A DNA stretch of 64,000 nucleotides from NCBI GenBank assembly GCA_030704615.1, contig CM060732.1, positions 39,122,001-39,186,000 of the forward strand, in the 5' to 3' direction. This document shows positions 37,142-48,702 of this stretch, in pieces. The stretch comes from Takakia lepidozioides. Its lineage: Eukaryota; Plantae; Bryophyta. The stretch's first letter is position 1, and every line of letters begins with the position of its first letter. The notes beneath the pieces were generated by a model. It had not been told where the DNA came from. It did no database searches and saw only the letters and a program-made list of their open reading frames with translations. The translations under genes were made by a program, and so were the position numbers.

Positions 37142-39580
37142 TAGTGTATTCTCCAAGGTTATTGCTTCTACATGTACCCAATATGTGACATATTGCCACA
37201 TGGCAAAACGCACATGGTTAAATAATTGTTTAACCTATTGACATTCACATTTGGAGGCCCTATCAGCAATATATAGTATAACCCCTCCTCTGATAGCTAT
37301 ATATGATGCTACTGCCACAACATTCAGTTATCCATGTGCCTTCATGTGTGTAGTATCTTGCCCTATTGGTTCGGTTCGACCATTGTGGATGAATGGCTTT
37401 GTTTTTCCCTTGGTTGACCATTCCATTGAAGCCACTTAGCCCTACCGTCAATTAGGGTTGTGCCCACAAAACCATGACTGGTCTTTGGATGGGGTTGTAA
37501 TAGAATAATTTGGTGAGTCTGTTGGAAGAAAAGATGAAAGATAAAAGATTCATACGAAGCATTTGGAAGGTGCTAGGAATGGAAAACAGGGTGACTAATA
37601 GTAAAGGCTGGACCCTCATAATTGGGGGGACACCCCATAGAAAAGTCACATATCCCCGTGAACATACACCTCCACCACATTGCACTATTGGGTCCAAGAC
37701 AACGATGGAATCGGCCTACTCTTTTTGGGGATAGGTCGGTGGGGTTGCTATAGCAAGAGAGATCTCGAGGGAAACCAACCAAGCAAGGTATGAAGGGTGA
37801 CATTTCCTACTGCCTCATTTTTAATGACTGTCGAAAAATATCACAAAAGGAACTCCTGATAAGGCTCTTCCTATAGATCTGGAATCTAGAGCACTCACCC
37901 ATCCATCACAGAATCGTACTATGATGGGCAGATGTGTGGTCAAGGGCTATGAGGATATGAAGATTGAAATGCATCATGTGCCCAAAGGACGCGGAAATGG
38001 GTAAGAGTTACTATAAGATCTATTGGGGATAATTTATGAAACGAATTGTTGCTATTCATGTGAGAATTATTGAAAACAAATCCCACTATGTAAACTAAGT
38101 CATCAATAGCGCCTCACTAAGGTAAAGTGCTCTAACAGTAGCATATAGATTTGGCCAGACTCAGTGGTAAGATTGGTGAGAGGCAAAAGAAAGTCGGATG
38201 ATGGGAGACCATTCTGCTCCCTTTGTGGGGGGTGGGGAGGAGGATAACGTACCCGCCCTTACCACTCTCATTGCTTAAGAGTGTCGAGAGGAGGGAAGGA
38301 TTGATTCTACATTTCATGTTGTAAAGATTGTCTAAGGATTGTCCGAGTTCTCAAAGATATAGGGTGAAATTAGGCATGACGGATATTTTACCGGAGCTGG
38401 GAGACTATGATTTGTGGGTAGAAATACGACCTAGGAGTTATGTGTTCTGTTATATGTGGAGCACATGCAGATCTGCATTTGTTTGCATGCGCATGTTAGC
38501 TTGAGCATGTCGGACATCATCCAAGAAATTATGAAGGTCTTAACTCGTAAATCTCATGGTTGTCTTTGACCTCCTAAGATGTATGAATAGTCTAAAGCCG
38601 AAAACCTTTGATCTCATAATGCGTGAAGGGGGAATGTTTGCTCTAGGACTGGTAACTTCTGACTCTGCATGTGCATACATCACTGTCTTGCCATTCTTGA
38701 TAATTGCATCTTCATCTATAACTGGTGGATACTTCAGCAGCTGGTCTATGTATCTCCAAACCGAATGCAAACCTCACCCGCAGGCTTGAGACTTTGATTG
38801 TAGGCACTGTGTGATAGCTTTCAGGAATAGGGTGCAAGATGTGTTCCAGCAGACCTCAGAGCCCTCCAACATTGCAAGGCACTCAATTACCATCAACACA
38901 ATAGTCACTACCTTTATGTACCTCTCCACAAACTATGTCTGCCCTTGTCAATCTCATGTGAGAAATTACACATGGAGCAAGGTCTCTCCAACAATTATAC
39001 AAGGTCCAAATGTGGAAGACCGTGCTGCCAAGCACTCAGCTGTTTGTGATGGCAGGATTAGACATTGAACGTGATCCATTTGCACCCTAATTGCTTATAA
39101 TAATAAGCAAAGGGCTAACACTATGTGACCTCATACTTCAAAGAGATGCTTGTACTGGTAAGGACTGCAGAGCTTCCAGACGTGTCATGAGACAGAGAAA
39201 GGCAGTCGAAGGTGAAGTCACCTTGGCTGCAAACCATCTCTAACAGCCACAGGAAAGAGGAGGGGTCTCTATACCTTAGCCTCACCAGAGGTTGATGATC
39301 TTGACAGGACTCATCAGTGTGTGGCCTGCGAAGTCTTGATCTTAACTGTCTGAAATTCATTGCCAAAGTCCAAACCACCATCTCCCTACAAGTTGGTATC
39401 ATCTAGCTAGTGATATGAGCTCAATTGATTTCAGGACCAAAGAACCGGGGGCAACTAAACAGAGGCGCAAAAAACTAGGACCTCAAGAACTTGTGAGTGA
39501 CACCCGAAATTGTTGGACAGAACAGAGAGATGCCTTAACAATACACTCTCCAAAGGGACTCTACACAGGAGCTCCACCAA

Positions 39581-42500
39581 TCACGCAGGCCTTTGCCCCA
39601 TGCCGGCTTGCTTCCGTGCTGCTTCTAAACATTCCTTAGCCCGAAACACTTTGGATTGGAGGTAGAAGGTTCCTGCTTTTGCATTGTTCTCAAACAATGT
39701 GTCGTACTTCTGCATGCAGACCGATAGGAAACCAACAAACTTAGTGTCACTTGTATATAATTATCTGGAAGAGTTCTTCTGACATAAAAGAACAGGTGCA
39801 GTATAAGTTGCCTCCACTCCATGGATCTGCACATTGCTCTCTCTCTCTCTATTTAAATGTATAGCATTCATGTTTCCTTCTATCTACCCTTTCTCCCCTC
39901 CCCCTATGGGGCCATGTGTACACCATGAGCACACTAGTGGCAAAGCTTACTTAGAGAAAGGCTTGGTTATATCCATGACTACAAAAGGCCTTTACTTCTT
40001 GGTCACCGTAGTTGAAAGTGCAAATGCACAGCCTGCATGAGGTGTGCAGTGTTCCCACGGGCCCAACCTGGTCCCCTACAGTAACCCTGGGGCTAATCTG
40101 TTGAAACACCACACCCTGGGCTTAGCCAGTCTGGCCGCAATTACAGTGGCTGGGTACACTGCAGGCCAGTGTCTGGTTCCTTGTTGAATGCCAATTGCAC
40201 TCGAACTGTTGTGGAAGACTCATTTGGAAACTTTACATCCTTGAGATAATAAGAGTTGATACCATTTCTTACAATGCCGAGTCCATTTGTGATATCCTGT
40301 AGATGAGGCATAACTGGTGCATTTTAAATGTACATGTGGTCAACATGGGAAACTCTTTTCAGTAGAAAAGAACATTGTACCTTCATAACATCTTCCCAGG
40401 TGGATTTCTCTGTGACGCCCAATATCTGCCGAGCCTCATGCTCAGTCATAGCCTTAGTGACTTTATGCGTAATGTTTTGCACTGTTTCTTGCGCTACGCC
40501 TGTTTTAGCTGCATCTGTAGCACACAAACAAGACAGTTTTAGCCCTCTGCCTAAGGATAGCACAATGGGTTGGCAGAGGACAATTCTCATTCACAAAAAC
40601 CAACATTGTCTACAGCGGAGTCATAAAATGTGGCTGAGCCTGACCAGACACCCTCTATCACAAATCCAGCTCTTTCATGATGGCCGAACATATTCCTCAT
40701 CGGCCAGGCAATGTCCTGACTGACTGTGTTCTTCTTACCTACATTAAGAAGACTGGATCCTCTGCAACCTACTCAAATCCTAAAGCCAGTGTTGCAATCC
40801 CCACAGTGAGAAGATAGTCCCATATTTCATCAACGGCTGACAAGTAAGTTCAGACTAGATTTGAGCAGGGTTGCAGTCTCTCATTTCAAGCACCAATTAC
40901 TTCATGGCCATACTAATCTTTTCCTCAATCTTCTCACGGACTCTATGGTCTGATCTCCTTCAAACCTTGTCCTATCCTCTTGAAACAGGTCAGTTTCACA
41001 TCCAGATTACGAGTCAATGATCCTCAGGTACCTTGTCCTGCCCAACTAATCTATTCTTGAACTGTAGGAGTGCATTTCAAATACAGATATCAAATCCACA
41101 ATAGCAAGTCCAGAGGGAGCTGTCATAGCTTAAGGACAGCTAGTCGCCTCAACCTAATACTTGGACCTCCCATCCATGGTGCCTTCCGGAACTGTTAGAC
41201 TTGTCTTGGGAACCTAGGAAAACATAGAGCTTTCTACTGCTCAGTGGAATAATGCCAAAAGCCCGAGTTAATCTGTTCCAACCAAGACAGGAAATCACAA
41301 ACCCAATAATCTGCCAAACCTTTTAAAATACACCCAACTGTTGGCTGAGAGAAAGAGAGAGACAGAGAGAGAGAGAGACTTACTCACTATAGCTTGGCGA
41401 TATGCTTGCGACACAGCCCTGAGTAGAACCCCTGATCCAAGCAGTATAAGATTTGCAATTATTTTGGCCGCCTGCACATGGAAAACCACCTTTCAGATTT
41501 TGAACTACTCATATCAACAACACTCTCAAGGCAGAGTGGGCAGACTGCAGGGAGGCATTCCTCAATTACACACAGATGGAGTGCAGCAGGAATTCTTTCT
41601 TAAAACAGTTATGGGGAAAATTTTGACAGTTGGGTAAAAGTATTGGCATACAAGCTACTGCACTCCATGCTTACTGAAGTAATAGCCTAAAAGCTCCAGA
41701 AGAATTTCTGCAATAAGCACCCGACAATCCTCTGGTAGAAGAGGTCATTACCCAAGTCCCTTATTAGAGGCTCAAAAACCAAAAATCCTCATCCACTCCT
41801 GTTCCTCTCCCAGCATTGACCTCGCCCCTCACTACTTTCTCTTGTCAAAGGCCAATCCACTCCCTATCCCATGTGAGGCTAACCGCCAACACATCCACCA
41901 CCCATCAATCGACCTATTACCTCAGTGGAATGCGGAGGCTGAAAACCCTAATACTTTCAACAGGTCATCAAAGGTAAAAGTGCCACAATCATTGGACGAT
42001 GGTAGAAGAACCCAAAGTGCAAGATTACATGGGGAATCAAAGCAACAGCCCCCCAAAACTAGACACACATGAATCACCTCTCTCAGCATTCTAGGGGTGT
42101 AACTTCTTCCAAAGAGGATGCTCTCTGCTTATCCAAGCCCACTTCTAATTTAAAACAATATTATCATTCCCCTCTCAGGAGGAGCAGACTGGGTATGGCA
42201 TCCCTTCAGGATTCCTATTGAGGCATGGCCGATCGTTCGCAGCCCAAAAGTACCCTAACCTAAAGTCATTCGTATGCACCCATGCATGTATCTGTGTATA
42301 CGTACAGACAGGAGTATTTAGGGCTGATGAATGTTTGAATGGACCATCCATCAGAGTAAAACACGACACCAACAGGAAAGGAAACCCTAGAACTTGAGGT
42401 CTCTCCCGCAGAACACCCAAGCGCCATGCACAGACTAAGGAGCAAGAGATTGAGAGCCTTAAAGGGACTTACACATCATCAACAATCTGAGCTGTTAACG

Positions 42501-42678
42501 GTTCACGGAGAAGAGAGTTCTATACAAGAAAATAAGGAGAGAATCCCTCAATTCTAGGGTAGTATTCTACAAATTGAGCCCGCTACCAAAACCCTTCTTC
42601 GCATTGAACATCGATAGAACGAAACATTTCGAGACAATCAGATAAAACGACATGATATTTAATTGACGCGCGTACCAT
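39581..42678 (-). CDS. PAM16: Mitochondrial import motor subunit PAM16/TIM16; exons 42678-42676 (ATG only), 41471-41384, 40514-40381, 39709-39581 (117 aa)
   Basis: MAAKIIANLILLGSGVLLRAVSQAYRQAIVNAAKTGVAQE...MTEHEARQILGV...KYDTLFENNAKAGTFYLQSKVFRAKECLE; phases are consistent. Confidence 0.93.
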
Positions 42679-43630
42679 ATTTGAACTGGCTGCTCCACAA
42701 GCCCCTGCAACTGAATGCTTCAGGACAAGCTCTCCAAGAAGAATACCCCTGCCAATTTTCCCGCCTCTCTCTCTTCCAAGGTGTCTACCCTAAGGAAACT
42801 CCTCTGCCGAATCTCCCTCCCTCTCTTCCTTAACCAACTCTAAACCCAGAAACCTAGGTTGCAACTTTAAAAGAGGAAGAAAATCTCTCTCTCTCTCCCT
42901 CCCTCTTGTCTCTGGCAGGCAGCAAGAGGGAAACAGGCAGGAAACATAAGAGCAAAACTCATAAACGCAGAACCCCCCCTCACAAGTCGAGGCTCTCACG
43001 CACCGCATTTGGACTAGACCAGAGGGCCGCCCGGCGATTTGTCGGCCTTATTTTTGGAGATATTTCTGGGAGCCCGATGGCCTTAGTACCACCCGGAGGT
43101 CGATCCACCACCATGTCACCATATATCCATCCATTCACTTGTGCGTTCATTCATCCATCTTTACTAACAACAATTGCATGTATTTGTTTTTAAATTTTCT
43201 TAAAGCGGAAAGCCGTGATTTGTTTTTTAAAAAAATTGTTTTGAAATTTGGAAAATATCAGGAGTGCTACTGAGTTTTGCAAGAAATAGCCCAGATTTTT
43301 TGTTCATCCACTGATATTTGGATAGAATCATCCTCCTCGATACGTTCATCCATTTATATCATCCATATTTGGCAAATTTGGCAAATTTATCCCTAATTTA
43401 TATTTTATTTGAAGAAGTTGGCGATTTCATCCATGAGAAAACAGGGATTGTTTTTAAATTTTGTTTTAAATGAACAGGGGACAGTGCCCTGGATGAAATT
43501 TTATTAAAATTATTGAAGGGAAAAAATTAAAACCCAGGGAATTTAAGACATAATTTTTTTTTTTGAGGTCGAAATATTGCGAAATTTCGCCAGAAATAGA
43601 ACGCGGTCCGTACTGAACCCTATACCATAA

Positions 43631-43839
43631 TTTTGTTTTTGTTTTTCTTAAAAAACAAAATAGAAAAGGAAACCTGGGAGCGACAGCCCACAATTCAGGC
43701 TCTTGAGGAGGGGGGAAAAATTAACCCCCTTTCATTTATGGGCCATGAGGCCTACAGGACATACCGTCACGAACAATCCCAGACACGGGGCAGGGAAGCG
43801 GGTTCGAACCCCAAACCACCAGGGCGACACACTGTGCAC
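43631..43839 (-). mobile_element. Third SINE copy, 5'-truncated (box A lost), between PAM16 and VHA-D
   Basis: The reverse complement reads GTGCACAGTGTGTCGCCCTGGTGGTTTGGGGTTCGAACCCGC...CCCAGGTTTCCTT plus an A-rich tail. Imperfect TSD: TACCATAATTTTGTTTTTG (43623) and TACTATAATTGTTTTTG (43841). Confidence 0.85.
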
Positions 43840-44018
43840 ATACTATAATTGTTTTTGTAGTTGTAAATACTAAATACCAGGAAAAACAGAAAAACCAGCT
43901 GCTGCACCTATGATCATAGGTTGGATCTCGGATCCCTGGAACTTAAATGTAATTTTTTCTTACTCCTATTAAGGCGTTTCCAGGTTTGAGTGCATTAAGG
44001 AACCTGTGAAACGGACAG

Positions 44019-44120
44019 TTGGCGGTCTCCAACATTGGCTACTGTTTATGGCCGGTCTCCGATGGATGTAACCGGTGGCGGGCGGTCTCCAAGGGCAGTG
44101 ACCGCTGGTGGCCGGTCATC
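44019..44120 (+). repeat. Imperfect ~30-bp tandem repeat (4 copies) upstream of VHA-D
   Basis: GG(C)CGGTCTCC/GGCCGGTCATC cores at about 44021, 44050, 44081 and 44110. Confidence 0.6.
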
Positions 44121-44273
44121 AGGCCCGCTGTCCCGTCTCTCTTCTTCTCGTGTTGTCGCTGTGGTCGTGTGTGTGCGAGTGCCTTGTTAGAGAGCTGTGC
44201 GGGCCTGTGATTACTTAAGTGTGTGACGATCCGAGCAAGCCTGTGAGTTGAGCGTTTTTCGAAGCAGAGAAAG

Positions 44274-46191
44274 ATGTCGGGACAATCGCAGCGATTGAAT
44301 GTGGTTCCCACCATAACCATGATGGGAATGGTGAAGTCCAGGCTGGTAGGGGCCACCAAGGGACACCAGTTGCTCAAAAAGAAGAGCGATGCACTCTCTA
44401 TGCAGTTTAGGCAAATTCTGAAGCGGATCGTGGAAACAAAAGAGTCCATGGGAGATATCATGAAAGCCTCGGCTTTTGCATTGACGGAGGCCAAGTACAC
44501 TGCCGGAGATAACATCAAGTATGTGGTTTTTGAGAATGTTGATACGGCGACAATTAAAGTTAGGGCTAGGCAGGAGAACGTGGCGGGGGTGAAACTCCCA
44601 AAGTTTGAGCATTTCATTGAGGCTGGAGAGACGAAGAATGATTTGACGGGGCTGGCCAGGGGAGGACAACAGATCCAGCTATGTCGGTCTGCTTTCGTTA
44701 AAGCAGTTGAGGTGTTGGTGGAGTTGGCTTCCTTGCAGACATCTTTTCTAACCCTCGATGAGGCTATTAAGACGACAAATCGGAGAGTCAATGCCCTGGA
44801 GAATGTGGTGAAGCCGAGATTGGAGAACACGATTCAGTACATCAAGGGCGAGCTTGATGAATTGGAACGGGAGGAGTTTTTCAGGTTGAAGAAGGTTCAG
44901 GCTTATAAGAAGAAAGAGGTGAGACCACTTCCACAGAACTTGTTTGGTGGTGGGAGTAAAGGTAGATTGGACAAACAGCGACATTCACAATCACACTGGG
45001 GAAGTATCAGTTCTAAAAATCATAAAAAATCGTACGCAGTTGCATTGCTCGCTTGGAAATATTTGCTGTTAGGGAGGTGATTGATGTGATCAGCTGCAAT
45101 GGGATTCTTAATTCTACCTTTCCCGTAAGCTTTCAGTGATAAGGAATGTTGGCAGCATATGTGTGACTGTGGATGGTCATGCGGTTATGTGGCGACTCAA
45201 TTAGGGTGACCAAGTTTCACCAAAGATTTCATGCGCCAGCTTTCTTTAGTGACCCTCTGTCCTATCAAGGAAGTAGTCAAGCTGTGACAATCTGAGTATA
45301 ATGAGTACATCTCTCTCTTTCTCTGTCTGGGTGTTGTTCAGCACTTTCTGGTTAAATATGAGCATACAGCATTTAGTATCCTACAGATTATCATGTATGG
45401 AGACTCTGTTAATCTTTTCCTAAGCATGCCTGAGTTTTCGTTAAGGCTTGACAAAGCAGATGTGAACATCAAACAAGAGTAGATACCGAATGCATCCATG
45501 CTCAAATTTGAAGGTAGAGTAACTCTTTTTTCTATTTTCTTGTTGAAGTCACCGCATATATTTGTAATGTTTATGTGCAAAATGGACTTTCCCTCCTCCT
45601 TGAATCTCTGACCATCCTTCCTTTCTTTCAGACAGAAGGCTGGGAAGTTTGCAGGCAGAGAGAAAATGATTAGTTTGCATGATTACACGGGCATATATTG
45701 GAGTTGGATGCATTTCTGTATATTTGTTCTTTATGTGCAGGAGAACTGTAACAACTTCTCTGATGGGGATGTAATAGATAAATGTGGGCAGCTGCCCAGC
45801 TCTAATCTAATTGTTCCTCTTGTTTCTTGTCTGTTTGTAGGTGGATAAGCAGCTTGCAAGGAACAAGCTGGTGTTGGAGCAGGAGAGCCAAAGAGTCATT
45901 AGTGAACAAGGTGATGGTAGGTTGGGGCATCCTAGTGTTTCACTGGGCAACCCAGGCTCCAACATGCTGGGAGATAATGAAGATTCCGATATTCTACCTT
46001 TATGGTACTCTCTGCAAAACCATTTACTGTTGGTTCTGTTTGGGGGAGGGCGTCTCTCTCACTCACATGCACACATTTCTAGATATTTGCTGAACACTAC
46101 TTGCAAGGGAAGTGGGTCTTATTTTATGCTGACTCATGATGCCTCTCTCTTTCTGAACACCATGGGATGTTCCTTTTCTGAATATATTTAA
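44274..46191 (+). CDS. VHA-D: V-type H+-ATPase subunit D; exon 1 44274-44918, exon 2 from 45841 (3' end uncertain: 46191, or a spliced stop 46004/46412)
   Basis: RLNVVPT...GHQLLKKKSDAL...ENVAGVKLPKF...LTGLARGGQQ...LASLQTSFLTLDEAIKTTNRRVNALENVVKPRLENTI..IKGELDELEREEFFRLKK; exon 2 contains NMLGDNEDSDIL. Confidence 0.95.
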
Positions 46192-47445
46192 CCAAAGTGT
46201 ATACAGATAATACATGGTGTGCATAGGACAGGAAATAGTTGATAGATCAACAAGATGACATACCATGAGTTGTTAGTACAAGTGTTGCTGGTTTGATCCT
46301 GCATATGAACTTTGTTGAATTACCAGCTTCTAATATGTTCATAGTTCATCACAAAAAACTCAGCATTATGGGGGATTATTGATGGAAAGCTTCTGTTGCG
46401 TGCTCTTGCAGATACTTTCTGATTTTACTGGAGACATCCTCTATCATGGCCATCCAGTGAAGTGACCCACCATGTGTGCCCTCCTTCCTATTTCTCTAGA
46501 TAGCACGCACAGAAGCACCCAATCTTTCTCTCTATATTTGTGACTGGCTTTTTCCTCCAATCTGCTCTTCCCCTGTTCCGACCAAATTGGACACATGGCA
46601 GAGGCTACATTGAATGAGTCTCGTGTTCAACGGAAGGAAGGTGCTGCTTGACGAGGGTGTGCATTTGTGGGGTCTACATATGTGCTGCCCTTCATCAGGG
46701 TGATCAGGTTGGGTTCCAGGCATCACATTTACCATAGTGTTTATGAAGCTGCACAGGACTACTGATAGCCAGTACCCTTGTACATATGTGCAATTTGCTA
46801 TAGCAGTTTCAATGTTGCCTGTGGACTGTAGCCCTTCATCGGCCACTCCTGCCATGGTGTTGTCAGCAGCATTGACCTTGGAGGAACAAGGGAGGAAGAG
46901 GGCAGGTTGGTAGGGAGAGATGATGTAAAATTGTGGCCGCAAGCCCAGTTTCAAGGAGCAAATAAAGAGAAACATGAAAAGAGAAGGTGTGCAGGGATGG
47001 GGGGGTATGTTGCTATGGACCTCTCTGCATCAAAAGTTCGTTCATAATTGTGAGTAGTTCTCAACAGTGTAATGACAAACACAAGGTATTACCAGTCTCA
47101 CAGATGAGATTGGCCAGTACGTACAGCATGGGACTCTTTCTTGGTTCTGTGAACATGCATCCTGGACAGCTCAACCTTTTCTACTCAATGCAGTTTGCTG
47201 GATTGCCTTTTCGCATTCACACTTTTGTGCGTGCAACAATGCAATGCTGTCTACAAGAAAATCTCATCTTTGGTACAAATCACATGTGGTGTAGATCCAC
47301 ATTTTAGTGAGTCTGCCTTGAACATTTTACACTCTGCAATGTCCTACAAAAGAGTGTCACAGATATCCTATGTGCCACAACCCAACTTTGACACAAGTCC
47401 ATTCCCTGAACTAATAATCATCAACCTCGCGCTGCTTCTCCAACA

Positions 47446-47477
<32 letters not shown>

Positions 47478-48702
47478 CTTTGCATATGGTGAAAGCTGTT
47501 GAGCAAGATTGAGGGAGATCCAAACGTTCAAGATGTTTTCTACAGAAGCACAAGTTGAGCAATGCCTCAGACACACTTGCAGGTACAAAACAATAGATAT
47601 CCGCCACTGAGTAAGTAGGTTGGCTGGACACTCTGTTGTCTGTTCTCCTTGTGTAAACATTTCTTATAACATTATTTTTATTGGCATTCTAAAATTTGGT
47701 GGTAATCATTCAGCAAATGAAAAATTGTACCCAGAACGCAGATATGAAGTTACCCTTACATCTGTGAATAATTGGGCTTCTGTGCACAGTAGTCCTATTA
47801 TCTGTGGGGATGCAGTCAGACAGGAAAGGACTTAGAAGTGGAATCATGGGGTTTGCGGCAAGTCGCATTCCATTCATTTCTTACACGAGATGGGGTGGTG
47901 TGTGGACTCAAGGTTGGAACTCCAGGCACATTGGCTCCGGTTGAATGGAGAGTAACAAGCGCAAGCAGGGGCATCCCTCAAGGAGATAAAGGCTCCAGTG
48001 GAGAAATTTGCGGAAAGCAGCAAAAAAATCTGGTATGGTGTCTGGAGAGTGACACACCTCCACCAAGTTCAACTCGAAGGTAGTTGGGGAAGCAGACAGG
48101 ATGCCAGCCGCTTTCACCACTTGCAAAAATGGGCTTGTCCTTGTGGGACTTTTACTGGTGAAACAACAATCCCATCCTCCCCAGACACAGATTCAATTGC
48201 ACTCAACATCCCAATAGTAGAGCACCTGTCTTGCTGATGTCCACCATACGGGCTGGTCTGAGCTGTAAGTCAACTCTTTTTTCTTTCTTCCCAAACGGAA
48301 ACTCTATCTTTAAAATACGTTCTGACAGTTGGAGAGTACCATCATGAGATTGGGAATACAACCACCCATTTGACTCCAGTAAACTGGAACCAATATGTTT
48401 CACCCCTGCCCAAGATGATGCCGATGAGCACACATTTAAAACATCCTCCCAAAGGCCATATGGCACCGACATCCTCTTCTTCCAATTGAAGCTGTGGCCT
48501 GATAGTGGAACTCTCAAATAACATACATATTACAGTGAATACCAATGCTGTCACCCAACAAATTGATCAGGTTGCAGCATTAATTCCCAATTTTTTCCAC
48601 TTTGTGGCCAGGGATTTGTGACGATGGTATCTGAGGCTAATTCAGCTTATTACCGTGCCAACTTTGCATAATACTGAAATTGCTGAGTCATGCCTCGGGA
48701 TT

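Noticed and set aside
37137-37146. CACTA terminal motif (TAGTG) at the end of the decayed repeat
   Set aside because: It lies where homology to the 11577 copy stops, but no matching CACTA left end, subterminal repeats or 3-bp TSD were found.
44039-44830. 263-aa antisense ORF over VHA-D (and similar antisense ORFs over PPR, MED19 and PIP5K)
   Set aside because: Shadow frames of real coding sequence.
46532-48517. Extra gene between VHA-D and Orai (147-aa and 104-aa minus-strand ORFs)
   Set aside because: No recognisable motifs and no consistent exon chain could be built. It may be UTR or a relic; a homology search would be needed.
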